Assembly (NCBI RefSeq): GCF_988242995.1
Contig: NZ_OZ547043.1
Length of the DNA stretch: 64,000 nucleotides
Reading direction: 5' to 3' (one strand)
In this document: positions 53,381 to 63,556 of the stretch, one piece after another
Layout of the letters: each line of letters starts with the position of its first letter
Position numbering within the stretch: the stretch's first letter is position 1
Position numbers and translations under genes: made by a program
Notes under the pieces: generated by a model
Database searches by the model: none
The model's input: only the letters and a program-made list of their open reading frames with translations
Told to the model about the DNA's origin: nothing

Positions 53381-54235
53381 TCAGCAGTTCGTCATCAGGG
53401 CGTCACCGCCACCGCCGGTGGCCTTGCTGCGGCGCTGCTGGGTCAGACTTTCGGTGTGGTCGAGACTGTTTTTCAGGCGGGTGAATGCCTGGCTGGTTTC
53501 ATCCGCCCTGTCTGTCACCTCCTGCTTAAGTGCGGAAAAGGCAGTTTCCATCTCAGCGAGGCGCTGCTCAGTGGCGCTCAGTTTTTCCTGCACATGTTCA
53601 GCAACAGCGGTCACCGCTTCATGCACGTCATTCAGACGGGCGTCATCGCTGGCCTGTTTGCGGCCAAAAATGGACTTCACCTTTTCGGTCAGGGCGGTGA
53701 ACACGGTTTCAGGCAGGTCTTCAAATTCCAGCTCAACGGGCGTTGCCACTGAAATCAGGTTTTCAGGGCTTAATTTGAAGCGGTTCAGGGGGTTGTGTTT
53801 TGCCGTGCGGCAGAATTCCAGGTATTCCGTGCCGAGGCTTGCCGGGTCATCGGTGACGGCCAGTCCCACCAGATAACATTTGCCGGTGTTGGCAAAGTTC
53901 GGCTGAATTTCCATTGAGGTGTAGACCTTCTGCGCGGCCTTGTTCATCGCGATAAGGTCATCGGTCGGGGTGATTTTCGCAAACAGCGCCCATTTGCCTT
54001 TCAGCGCCGAATCATCGTCAATCTTTTCGGCCTTCAGTTCGACCACATCGCCATAACGCTTAAAAATACCGTCAGGCAGGATGCCGCGCAGATGTTCCAG
54101 GTTAATGCGGCAACCATAGACTCGCGGGTCAAAGGTTTCGGCCATTTCCTGAATATCCTGCGCACTGATGACACGCCCGTCACAGGTGTCACCCTCAACG
54201 CCGATACGAAAGAATTTTGAGACTTTTTTTGCCAT
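53381..54235 (-). CDS. O: Capsid scaffold protein gpO
   Basis: ORF track 53381..54301; start at ATG 54235 (MAKKVSKFFRIGVEGDTCDGR...), giving 284 aa. Confidence 0.85.
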   Translation of the reverse strand: MAKKVSKFFRIGVEGDTCDGRVISAQDIQEMAETFDPRVYGCRINLEHLRGILPDGIFKRYGDVVELKAEKIDDDSALKGKWALFAKITPTDDLIAMNKAAQKVYTSMEIQPNFANTGKCYLVGLAVTDDPASLGTEYLEFCRTAKHNPLNRFKLSPENLISVATPVELEFEDLPETVFTALTEKVKSIFGRKQASDDARLNDVHEAVTAVAEHVQEKLSATEQRLAEMETAFSALKQEVTDRADETSQAFTRLKNSLDHTESLTQQRRSKATGGGGDALMTNC

Positions 54236-54408
54236 TGTCAGGAGTCCTGAATAGTGATTAGAGGAGTCACATGTCGGCATCAGTTTCCCGACGATACGCA
54301 TCCTCCGCCATCAGTCCCGGATGGCTTATCACTGACACAACAGCACCTTAGCGAATCGCGGGGCGCGACTCAGTAGCCTTGCCGTGTATTCATCACGGCG
54401 AGGTATTC

Positions 54409-56181
54409 ATGACCATCACCACAGACACCACTCTTTTACACGACCCGCGTCGTCAGGCGGCGCTGCTGTACTGGCAGGGGTTTTCCGTGCCGCAGATTGC
54501 CGCCATGTTGCAGATGAAACGCCCGACGGTGCAGAGCTGGAAACAGCGCGACGGCTGGGACAGCGTTGCCCCCATCAGCCGTGTCGAAATGAGTCTGGAA
54601 GCGCGGCTGACCCAGCTCATCATCAAACCGCAGAAAACCGGCGGTGACTTCAAGGAAATTGACCTGCTCGGACGCCAGATTGAACGACTGGCACGGGTCA
54701 ACCGTTACAGTCAGACCGGCAACGAGGCAGACCTTAATCCGAACGTCGCTAACCGCAACAAAGGCGGGCGTCGCAAACCGAAAAAGAATTTTTTCAGTGA
54801 CGAGGCCATCGAAAAGCTGGACCAGATTTTCTTTGAGCAGTCTTTCGAATATCAGTTGCACTGGTATCGCGCCGGGCTTGAGCACCGCATCCGCGATATC
54901 CTGAAATCCCGCCAGATTGGCGCGACGTTTTATTTTTCCCGCGAGGCGCTGCTGCGCGCCCTGAAAACCGGTCATAACCAGATTTTTCTGTCGGCCAGTA
55001 AAACGCAGGCGTATGTGTTCCGCGAATACATCATCGCCTTTGCCCGGCTGGTTGACGTTGACCTGACCGGTGACCCGATTGTCCTGGGCAATAACGGCGC
55101 AAAACTGATTTTTCTCGGCACCAACTCCAACACCGCGCAGAGCCATAACGGCGACCTGTACGTCGACGAGATTTTCTGGATCCCGAATTTTCAGGTACTG
55201 CGTAAGGTGGCATCAGGTATGGCCTCACAGAGTCACCTGCGTTCGACCTATTTCTCCACCCCGTCCACGCTGGCGCACGACGCCTACCCGTTCTGGTCGG
55301 GTGAACTGTTTAACCGGGGACGCGCCAGCGCCGCCGAACGCGTGGAAATCGACGTCAGTCATAACGCCCTTGCCGGTGGACTTCTCTGTGCGGACGGCCA
55401 GTGGCGGCAGATTGTCACCATTGAGGACGCCCTGAAAGGCGGCTGCACGCTGTTCGACATTGAGCAGCTTAAACGCGAAAACAGCGCCGACGATTTTAAA
55501 AACCTGTTCATGTGTGAATTTGTTGACGACAAGGCGTCGGTGTTCCCGTTCGAGGAGCTGCAACGCTGCATGGTCGACACGCTGGAAGAATGGGAAGACT
55601 ATGCGCCGTTTGCCGCGAATCCGTTCGGCTCCCGCCCGGTATGGATTGGTTACGACCCGTCACACCGTGGCGACAGCGCCGGATGCGTGGTACTGGCACC
55701 GCCGGTGGTGGCCGGTGGCAAATTCAGAATACTTGAGCGTCACCAGTGGAAAGGCATGGACTTTGCCACTCAGGCTGAATCCATCCGCAAACTCACCGAA
55801 AAATACAACGTCGAATACATCGGTATTGATGCCACCGGCCTCGGTGTCGGCGTGTTCCAGCTCGTGCGCTCGTTCTATCCCGCCGCGCGCGACATCCGCT
55901 ACACGCCGGAAATGAAAACCGCAATGGTGCTCAAGGCAAAAGACGTTATCCGCCGTGGCTGTCTGGAATATGACGTCAGCGCCACCGACATCACCAGCTC
56001 GTTTATGGCTATCCGCAAGACCATGACCAGCAGCGGGCGCAGCGCCACCTATGAGGCCAGCCGCAGCGAGGAAGCCAGCCACGCCGACCTCGCCTGGGCG
56101 ACCATGCACGCCCTGTTAAATGAGCCACTCACCGCCGGTATCAGCACCCCGCTGACATCCACCATTCTGGAGTTTTACTGA
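54409..56181 (+). CDS. P: Terminase large (ATPase) subunit gpP
   Basis: ORF track 54379..56181; start at ATG 54409 with GAGGT RBS (MTITTDTTLLHDPRRQAALLYWQG...), giving 590 aa. Confidence 0.9.
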   Translation: MTITTDTTLLHDPRRQAALLYWQGFSVPQIAAMLQMKRPTVQSWKQRDGWDSVAPISRVEMSLEARLTQLIIKPQKTGGDFKEIDLLGRQIERLARVNRYSQTGNEADLNPNVANRNKGGRRKPKKNFFSDEAIEKLDQIFFEQSFEYQLHWYRAGLEHRIRDILKSRQIGATFYFSREALLRALKTGHNQIFLSASKTQAYVFREYIIAFARLVDVDLTGDPIVLGNNGAKLIFLGTNSNTAQSHNGDLYVDEIFWIPNFQVLRKVASGMASQSHLRSTYFSTPSTLAHDAYPFWSGELFNRGRASAAERVEIDVSHNALAGGLLCADGQWRQIVTIEDALKGGCTLFDIEQLKRENSADDFKNLFMCEFVDDKASVFPFEELQRCMVDTLEEWEDYAPFAANPFGSRPVWIGYDPSHRGDSAGCVVLAPPVVAGGKFRILERHQWKGMDFATQAESIRKLTEKYNVEYIGIDATGLGVGVFQLVRSFYPAARDIRYTPEMKTAMVLKAKDVIRRGCLEYDVSATDITSSFMAIRKTMTSSGRSATYEASRSEEASHADLAWATMHALLNEPLTAGISTPLTSTILEFY

Positions 56182-57215
56182 TGAGCAAGAAAAAAGGGAA
56201 AACACCGCAACCTGCGGCAAAAAAAATGACCGCCAGCGCCCCGAAAATGGAGGCATTCACCTTTGGTGAGCCGGTGCCGGTACTCGACCGCCGTGACATT
56301 CTGGATTACGTCGAGTGCATCAGTAACGGCAGATGGTATGAGCCACCGGTCAGCTTTACCGGTCTGGCAAAAAGTCTGCGTGCTGCCGTGCATCACAGCT
56401 CACCGATTTACGTTAAACGCAATATTCTGGCCTCGACATTTATCCCGCATCCGTGGCTTTCGCAACAGGATTTCAGCCGCTTTGTGCTGGATTTTCTGGT
56501 GTTCGGTAATGCGTTTCTGGAAAAGCGTTACAGCACCACCGGTAAGGTCATCAGACTGGAAACCTCACCGGCCAAATATACCCGTCGTGGCGTGGAGGAG
56601 GATGTTTACTGGTGGGTGCCGTCCTTCAACGAGCCGACAGCCTTCGCGCCCGGCTCCGTGTTTCACCTGCTGGAGCCTGATATTAATCAGGAGCTGTACG
56701 GCCTGCCGGAATATCTCAGCGCCCTTAACTCTGCCTGGCTGAATGAGTCGGCCACGCTGTTCCGCCGCAAGTATTACGAAAACGGCGCACATGCCGGATA
56801 CATCATGTACGTCACCGATGCCGTGCAGGACCGCAACGATATCGAAATGCTTCGCGAAAACATGGTTAAGTCGAAAGGCCGCAATAACTTTAAAAATCTG
56901 TTTCTCTATGCCCCACAGGGGAAAGCCGACGGCATTAAAATTATCCCGCTCAGTGAAGTGGCAACGAAGGACGATTTTTTTAATATCAAAAAAGCCAGTG
57001 CCGCAGACCTGCTGGACGCGCACCGCATCCCCTTTCAGTTGATGGGGGGCAAGCCGGAGAACGTCGGGTCGCTGGGTGATATTGAGAAAGTGGCAAAGGT
57101 CTTTGTCCGCAATGAGCTTATCCCGTTACAGGACAGGATCCGAGAGATAAACGGCTGGCTCGGTCAGGAGGTCATCCGCTTTAAAAACTACTCACTGGAC
57201 ACTGACAACGACTGA
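56181..57215 (+). CDS. Q: Portal protein gpQ
   Basis: 344-aa ORF overlapping the P stop. Confidence 0.9.
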   Translation: MSKKKGKTPQPAAKKMTASAPKMEAFTFGEPVPVLDRRDILDYVECISNGRWYEPPVSFTGLAKSLRAAVHHSSPIYVKRNILASTFIPHPWLSQQDFSRFVLDFLVFGNAFLEKRYSTTGKVIRLETSPAKYTRRGVEEDVYWWVPSFNEPTAFAPGSVFHLLEPDINQELYGLPEYLSALNSAWLNESATLFRRKYYENGAHAGYIMYVTDAVQDRNDIEMLRENMVKSKGRNNFKNLFLYAPQGKADGIKIIPLSEVATKDDFFNIKKASAADLLDAHRIPFQLMGGKPENVGSLGDIEKVAKVFVRNELIPLQDRIREINGWLGQEVIRFKNYSLDTDND

Positions 57216-57384
57216 ACATCGCCGCCTGCGGGCGGCTTTTTTACATCCCGTCATCACGCCCTCACACGCTCACCACCGCACAAAACACCCCTTAGACACA
57301 CCAACGCCCCGACGCACAATCTAAACGCCATCACGACGCGCTCAGACGCTGAAAAAATAAAATCAGCACCACCGCCAGCGCGCA

Positions 57385-57403
57385 GTGCTTTCCCCGCCTC
57401 GCC
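57385..57403. other. P2 cos cohesive-end sequence (19 nt)
   Basis: GTGCTTTCCCCGCCTCGCC is the reverse complement of the P2 cohesive end GGCGAGGCGGGGAAAGCAC as recalled; located just past Q. Confidence 0.75.
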
Positions 57404-57554
57404 CGCCCGCTTCATGGGTCGGTTTGAATGCAGTTGAATTACAACTACCAAACCAAGCAATCCCTACTATTACGCAGAAAATGCATACTGAAATACCTCG
57501 TGCAAATTGATGCAGCTAAGTATGCATAGGTTTTATGCCTCAACGTATACGTTA

Positions 57555-59387
57555 TCAAACAGAGCCCTGTTCAAAAACAGTATCAAAATATGGTAGGAGA
57601 GGATAAGCACACAGAAAGAAAATCAGGATGCATGCATATGTCGTTGTTTCATCGTAACAAGCATTAGTATATAAATTACCATGTGCTAATTTATGTCTTA
57701 AGGTTGCCCCACTCTTTCTGTTAAAAAGAACATCGATAGTCAAAACAAGATTTTTAGAAAAGATACTTTCCAAATCATCTCTGCATTTATCTAGAAGCTG
57801 AGAAATACTTGTTGACTCCTCTAATCCCTTATCCAAATATCTAGTAGCATCCTTTCCACTAAGCTCATAATAATAACGAACCATACCTTCCATTTGTGGT
57901 ATTAAAAGATAAGCTGCACTGATGTAATCTCCCTGCCATAATTTGTAAAAGCCCAAATTAAAAATCTCCCTAAACTCCGGCTTGACAATTGGACTAGTTG
58001 TAACCAATTTAACGAATGTTGACAACGTCAAGCCATGTTCTTGAGAAAGTACATAGCGAGCAGGTTCAAAGACACCGTTTACAAAAATCTTATGAGTAAT
58101 CTCGAAATTTCTTAGATATTGATCAATAACAACATCATCACTCATATCTTTTTTATTATCCAACGGCGGGATTGTATATATCTTACGCCCACTCTCATCA
58201 TTAATTTCTGTTCCAACAAAACTAGAGAATAAACTTTTTTCTGATAATCTTAAAACTTGTTCCCTCATGCTTTCAATATTTTCAATCGGTGTTTCACTCA
58301 TTAAAACTTTGAATATATCGGGCAAAGAACGCCCCGTCAGTTTTTTTTCACTTTCAGCAACCAAGTCACTAATATCAATAGAATGGCTTAAAGTGACATA
58401 TTCACTCCTTACTTCTTCTCTCAAATTAGCAAGTTGTTCCTTTAAATCTTCTATCTGTTGGCTATCACCACCGTACTGTCTTAATTCAGAGATAGCTGTT
58501 CTTAACCAAGAGATCTTACCCATATTATCAGGTCGTTCTGTTGCAACTTTAATAGTAATATTTGCAGATGCCAGTTTACATCTCTTGGCACGTTCATACT
58601 CACCATTTTTTTCATAAATAACTGCACTTGTCATATAAAGTGATTTTACAGCATCATAATATTTTTTATCTTTATGCTGCTCAGCCATCTTCTCAGCATT
58701 TTCCGCATACTGCAGATTATACCCATCAAAATCACGCACCATAAACCAAGTCAAATTATTGAAACCTTCAAAGATTAATCTTTCATTTTGAATACTATAA
58801 AGAGAATGAATGGCATTTTTAATCGCCATGTTTCCTTCTGATTTTCTAGGGTAGACCATTTTATTAATGTGCAAAGCCCTAGCAATATAATCACGAGCAA
58901 AAATAAAGCAATTTAAATCACTTTCATCCATGCTTTCGTTTTTTATTATTAGCTTTTCAATTGCTATATTTAGCATTTCAGCATAGGAATCAATTGCTTT
59001 AATTGCCACGTCTTTATTTTTCCGATTATTACACCAAACAACATCATATATTCTTGATAACAAAAATGGATTGGTTATTTTTTGAGAAACATATAAAAGA
59101 CAGTCATTCACCTGCTCATCAAAATCTTCAGGCAATATTGATCTTTTATTACCCCAAATCATTTGGGGTTCAAATGCTGGAGTGTTGTTAACAACTTGCA
59201 AATTGAAACTATATAGCATACCAAAAAGAGATGCTAATTTTTTCTCTTTGGGGTTTTCTGATGACTCAGCAATCCCATCCAGATATTTTTTTATTTTATG
59301 TGCATGAAATGTAACTGGTATATACATAAAAACACTATAATCTAGTGTTTCAAGCTCTTCCCTTGTAAGAACAAAGATATCATTCAT
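57555..59387 (-). CDS. Hotspot cargo: large AT-rich protein of unknown family with C-terminal HEPN-like Rx4H motif; candidate anti-phage effector
   Basis: ORF track 57555..59492; likely start ATG 59387 with AAGGTGA RBS (MNDIFVLTREELETLDY...), giving 610 aa. Occupies the position of P2 tin/old; codon usage visibly AT-rich; no Walker A, TOPRIM or RT motif seen; LRHKLAHG near the C-terminus. Confidence 0.6.
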   Translation of the reverse strand: MNDIFVLTREELETLDYSVFMYIPVTFHAHKIKKYLDGIAESSENPKEKKLASLFGMLYSFNLQVVNNTPAFEPQMIWGNKRSILPEDFDEQVNDCLLYVSQKITNPFLLSRIYDVVWCNNRKNKDVAIKAIDSYAEMLNIAIEKLIIKNESMDESDLNCFIFARDYIARALHINKMVYPRKSEGNMAIKNAIHSLYSIQNERLIFEGFNNLTWFMVRDFDGYNLQYAENAEKMAEQHKDKKYYDAVKSLYMTSAVIYEKNGEYERAKRCKLASANITIKVATERPDNMGKISWLRTAISELRQYGGDSQQIEDLKEQLANLREEVRSEYVTLSHSIDISDLVAESEKKLTGRSLPDIFKVLMSETPIENIESMREQVLRLSEKSLFSSFVGTEINDESGRKIYTIPPLDNKKDMSDDVVIDQYLRNFEITHKIFVNGVFEPARYVLSQEHGLTLSTFVKLVTTSPIVKPEFREIFNLGFYKLWQGDYISAAYLLIPQMEGMVRYYYELSGKDATRYLDKGLEESTSISQLLDKCRDDLESIFSKNLVLTIDVLFNRKSGATLRHKLAHGNLYTNACYDETTTYACILIFFLCAYPLLPYFDTVFEQGSV

Positions 59388-59506
59388 CGTTTTCACCTTT
59401 TTCAGTATAAATTTGCACGCATTATTATTAGCAACATAATCATCAATAGTTAACACATGCAGATAGACAGCAATTTTACTATTATGCAACAAATTAAATC
59501 AGATGT

Positions 59507-61789
59507 TTATTGCTCTGAATAACAATAAAACCAACTCCACTCATCAGCGACCGGATACGTAAATTTTTTCCCGTTGTAATTTACGGTCGCTCCACGCGCC
59601 AGCGCCTCCATCTCCCATCGCTGCGGCCTGATACCGTTCTGAGCAAGGTCAACGCGGATACGGGTAATTTGCATTCGTTCCGACCGGGTCAGTCTGGCCG
59701 ATGGCGCTATTTCATGCGGTTTTAGCGGGCTTCCGTTTCTTTGCTGACGATTTAGCGTTCTCAGCCCGTGTTTTAATGCGCCCCTGAGCGCCTTCACGAC
59801 CTCCGGGTCATTCCATTCGATAACACCGTCATTAACCAGATTAAGCACTGCTGCGGCGTGCTCAGAAGGTGTGGGAGCCGGTAACGAAGTATCACCACCA
59901 GTGAGCTTTCCACAGTTATTGACAGGACTCCGAGGCGCGGCGATGCCGCTTTTTAAAGTCAAAGGCTCAACGACCGGAACTTTCGGCACAATGCGCCAGT
60001 CCGTCGTTCTGGTGATATGAATATGACGCGCGCCGAGATGCGGCGCGTAAATGCCGACCACTCTCTCAACTTCTTCCTCGTACTCGTTAACGTCATCCGA
60101 CGGGCTACGGGCAACCCTGACAGTCTGACAATCGCGCGGGACATTTGCCCCACCCTGCGCGCTGATATACAACGCAAAATCACCACTGTCTGCGGCGGCG
60201 CGTGCAGCCTCGACGCGTTCGTCAAACTCATCAGCAATGCTGACGCCGCGAGGCAATTTGCGTAGTTCACGGTAAGCCCCCATTGTCGGCAGGCCAACCG
60301 TTTTAAATTGCGGGATGCGCCACGTTGACGCCCATGCGGTAACAGCCGCGGCAGTGTCATTCAGCGGTCTGCCGGTATCATTATCGAGCTGACCATCCAG
60401 TGCATATCCGTCGATATTTTTTGAGATGTATTTCGCGATATACCCCGCAGCACCGCCCCGGTTAAGGTGTTTCGCCTGAAAACGGTTTCGCGCGGCTCCT
60501 CTTTCGTCGCCATCCTCTTTGAGCGCGTAGCGACGCATGATTTCAATAATCTGGTTACGCTGGCGTGGATTACAAAAAAGCATCATATGCCAGTGCGGCG
60601 TTCCGTCGTGGTGTGGCTCGACGACTCGCAAACCGTAGACCTGTAAATCATTATCCTTGAATGCCGTGCGCATCAGGCTCCAGATACGGCAGAGATAACG
60701 CTGCGCATCCTTTGGATTAAATGCCTCATCGTTCCAGCCGTGATTAAGCTGGACGGTTTTACTTTCGCCTTTTCCGACCTGACGTGTCGGGTGATACTTT
60801 GACGGCGCGGTCAGCGTGATAAACATCCCCACATCACCCTCTGCGGCGGCGTAACGCTCAATACCGGCAATGGTGTTCATCAGCTCCATCCGGCGAATTT
60901 CAGGATTAGAAATACTGCCCATCACCTTACTGATAAGGTCGATGCGCTCGCCGGTTTCCCTGTTTTCAAGGTCACACGATTTAAGAAATTCCAGATTTGC
61001 CTGGCGGCGTGCACGTACATCACGAATGGCATGTTTACTGGCATAAGGAGAACGGTCTTTATTCACCTCCCCGACAGCAATCAGTAACGCCTCATGCCAG
61101 CGCATACGCTGGCCTTTAAGCTGATGAGTCCACCACTCATCGTTAAACAGACGGGCAATGGCAGAATATGCCTGCCTCGTGGTCATCTGTCCTTTACGGT
61201 ATTTTTTCCAGTAGAGAGGGGAAATATTGAAAGCACGTGCAGCGCCAGCAACATGACCATAGAGGTGAGCCTGCGCCTCATCCGTAAACAGCGATTCTTT
61301 CTCGCCATGCGCATCCACCCAGGCATCGCAGAGTTCCTCATACATCATGAAAAGCTGCGATGAGATACGGGCAGCAAATTTTTTCAGCTCCTTGTCATTC
61401 ATTCCCGGCAGGCGCGCATACTGGTCGCGCTCTGCCAGAAACAGCAACGACGCATCGGTGTTCATTTCATGGCGCTGATTCACACGATCAATGCGCGGCC
61501 ATAAACGACGCTGAAAAGTGGATGTGAGGAAATAAAACCCGTGCACTGGGCTTTTATTGCGCCTGATGTAGTCATAGCGTGAAGTAAACAGCGAGCGCAA
61601 AAAGTAAGGCAGGCGGTTAATCGTGGATAAAACACCTTGCACCTGACGCATCTCATCACGTGTAAGAGGTCTTTCGCGCCCGACAGCCTCGCGTGGCGCG
61701 TTCCATGCATAAGCACCGGTAAACATCTTACCGGTGCCTGCGGCAAATGCTGACGGAGGGACAAAACGCCCGGAGGCTTTAACGGCCAT
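59507..61789 (-). CDS. A: Replication initiation protein gpA (rolling-circle nickase)
   Basis: ORF track 59507..61831; probable start at 61789 (MAVKASGRFVPPSAFAAGTGKMF...), giving about 760 aa. Confidence 0.85.
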   Translation of the reverse strand: MAVKASGRFVPPSAFAAGTGKMFTGAYAWNAPREAVGRERPLTRDEMRQVQGVLSTINRLPYFLRSLFTSRYDYIRRNKSPVHGFYFLTSTFQRRLWPRIDRVNQRHEMNTDASLLFLAERDQYARLPGMNDKELKKFAARISSQLFMMYEELCDAWVDAHGEKESLFTDEAQAHLYGHVAGAARAFNISPLYWKKYRKGQMTTRQAYSAIARLFNDEWWTHQLKGQRMRWHEALLIAVGEVNKDRSPYASKHAIRDVRARRQANLEFLKSCDLENRETGERIDLISKVMGSISNPEIRRMELMNTIAGIERYAAAEGDVGMFITLTAPSKYHPTRQVGKGESKTVQLNHGWNDEAFNPKDAQRYLCRIWSLMRTAFKDNDLQVYGLRVVEPHHDGTPHWHMMLFCNPRQRNQIIEIMRRYALKEDGDERGAARNRFQAKHLNRGGAAGYIAKYISKNIDGYALDGQLDNDTGRPLNDTAAAVTAWASTWRIPQFKTVGLPTMGAYRELRKLPRGVSIADEFDERVEAARAAADSGDFALYISAQGGANVPRDCQTVRVARSPSDDVNEYEEEVERVVGIYAPHLGARHIHITRTTDWRIVPKVPVVEPLTLKSGIAAPRSPVNNCGKLTGGDTSLPAPTPSEHAAAVLNLVNDGVIEWNDPEVVKALRGALKHGLRTLNRQQRNGSPLKPHEIAPSARLTRSERMQITRIRVDLAQNGIRPQRWEMEALARGATVNYNGKKFTYPVADEWSWFYCYSEQ

Positions 61790-62054
61790 ATGAGCCAAAA
61801 GCCTCTGAGCAACGCTTGCTGAGTTGCTCAACCTGCGCGTTTAAATCAGCAAAAGACTTTGCGCTTCCGGTCAGAATATCGTGATGCATCAGGCCGGAAA
61901 CGAGCTGGCTTAATTTCGGGTAATAACCAACCACCGCCAGCCATTCCTGACCGGCGTTTTTACCGCTTTCCGCTCTCTTTTTCTCGTGGAGAATAAACTG
62001 AAAGCTGTCACTGGTAACGACATAACGTTCGCCAATTTCGATACGAATACTCAT
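61779..62054 (-). CDS. P2 orf83-like hypothetical protein
   Basis: 91-aa ORF in the conserved early-operon position. Confidence 0.6.
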   Translation of the reverse strand: MSIRIEIGERYVVTSDSFQFILHEKKRAESGKNAGQEWLAVVGYYPKLSQLVSGLMHHDILTGSAKSFADLNAQVEQLSKRCSEAFGSYGR

Positions 62055-62275
62055 GCCATTCTCCGGTAATGCTTGTTTTTTGCTTCAAAGACTGACTGAC
62101 AGGAAACACAACGCGTGGCTGACGGATAAGCCGCACGACGGGCAGCAGGTATTGGCGCGTCACACTCTTCGCAAACCAGCGCAGAAACACCGCAATGTTT
62201 CCCCCTTGCCGCGTTAATCTGGCGCTCCAGTAATTCAGCCTGTTGTTCCTGAATAAAATCCACGTTGTCCGGCAT
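62051..62275 (-). CDS. TraR/DksA-type C4 zinc-finger protein (P2 orf82-like)
   Basis: 74-aa ORF with CxxC...CxxC (CEECDAPIP...CVSCQ). Confidence 0.7.
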   Translation of the reverse strand: MPDNVDFIQEQQAELLERQINAARGKHCGVSALVCEECDAPIPAARRAAYPSATRCVSCQSVFEAKNKHYRRMA

Positions 62276-62277
62276 TA

Positions 62278-62580
62278 TCAGCTCCTTTTATCGTTAAGTT
62301 TCCTGGATACATCAACGCAATAACTGGCAAGTTCTGTCGTTAATTTTGTTAGTTCATCCACTGAGGAAATTTGCTTGTGGAATACAGCGCGTTTAACAAG
62401 TAAATTGACCACATCAGACAGGAGGTTTAATTCATTCTGATAAATCGCGATAACAGATTCAGTTATGTCGCGTTTTTCTTTATCAAGACAAAGTTGAATA
62501 AGAGACAAATCGCCATTTTTCATAACGGCGATTTTTAAGGCGTTATTCAGTAATACAACTGAACGAGAACAGGACATCAA
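62278..62580 (-). CDS. P2 orf81-like hypothetical protein
   Basis: 100-aa ORF in the early operon. Confidence 0.6.
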
Positions 62581-62834
62581 AGCACCTCCCCGCGAGACAA
62601 TCCGATATTGTGAAATTTTTCCGACTCCTGACTGAGCAGCTCGACTATCTCCACGCGGGATAACTCCGCCTTTGTGATGTGGCGAATCATGGCGTCAAGA
62701 TGAGAAGAAAAGCGGGTCGCAGCGTCGGCCTGTGCTTCGGTTCTGGCCTGTTGCAGCAGTAATGCGTATATACCGCACTGATTTTCAGAAACTGTATGCA
62801 TGACTTTCTCCAGGCAAAAAGAAGCCCCGCACAA
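62577..62834 (-). CDS. P2 orf80-like hypothetical protein
   Basis: 85-aa ORF in the early operon. Confidence 0.6.
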
Positions 62835-62864
62835 TTAAGTGCGTTAAAAACTCTGGTTAATTAC

Positions 62865-63365
62865 TTAATGCAGATATTGCTCTGGTTTTACCGACGTCAG
62901 AATTGTCGGTGCATACTCAAACAGACTGAATAATTCACGTAATGCACGGAATAAAGCATCACGCCAGTAACATGATTCTTCATTAATTCGCCAGTATGGC
63001 TGGTTAAATTCTTTTTCTGTCAGTCGTGCGTGCATAAATAAAGTGCGACGCTGACTGACTGTTAAAAAACTAATATATGCATACTCACTTGCGCCAACCT
63101 GACGGCGTTTTGAGAATGCCCCACGCAATTCATCAATTGCACATACCAGTCGTTCACGTTCGACATCATTCATTTCTTCAAAACGCATCGTTGCGTGACG
63201 CTGTTTTAACTGAGCATGGAAGCAAACCGTTAGCCGTTCGCGTTCCATCATCTGATTATAATAATCACATGTCTCCTGCCAGCGAGGGACGGCAAGATGC
63301 TTACCAATTATCCGGCGCATAGTTGCTGGCTGTTTTTCAACGAGATTGAGCGTCATCACTGTCAT
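62865..63365 (-). CDS. B: Replication protein gpB (helicase-loader-like)
   Basis: 166-aa ORF in the conserved position. Confidence 0.8.
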   Translation of the reverse strand: MTVMTLNLVEKQPATMRRIIGKHLAVPRWQETCDYYNQMMERERLTVCFHAQLKQRHATMRFEEMNDVERERLVCAIDELRGAFSKRRQVGASEYAYISFLTVSQRRTLFMHARLTEKEFNQPYWRINEESCYWRDALFRALRELFSLFEYAPTILTSVKPEQYLH

Positions 63366-63556
63366 TTCCAGACCCTCCGGCTTTTCAGAAAGGTCAGAGC
63401 CTTTTTTAACGGACTCTGTTTTTTGGTGCGGATAATGATTCCCTTACGCCCCTTACCGTGGGTGATGGTGAAGTCAATCGCCCTGGGGCTTTCGTTACGC
63501 AGTAACTGAGCAATACAACGAGGCTCATTCATACGGTTCTCCTTAACGTGGTTCAC
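63362..63556 (-). CDS. P2 orf78-like small protein
   Basis: 64-aa ORF between cox and B. Confidence 0.6.
   Translation of the reverse strand: MNHVKENRMNEPRCIAQLLRNESPRAIDFTITHGKGRKGIIIRTKKQSPLKKALTFLKSRRVWK

Noticed and set aside
57555-59492. The cargo ORF as P2 Old or Tin, and the upstream in-frame start at 59492
   Set aside because: No Walker A (GxxxxGK[ST]) or TOPRIM-like motifs that Old would show, and far too large for Tin. The upstream start lacks an RBS whereas ATG 59387 has AAGGTGA; the longer start cannot be fully excluded.
61779-61831. Longer N-terminal extension of gpA overlapping orf83 (start at 61831)
   Set aside because: The track ORF probably begins at a non-canonical upstream codon; P2 A as recalled begins MAVKASGRF, so the start was placed at 61789. 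The exact start remains uncertain.
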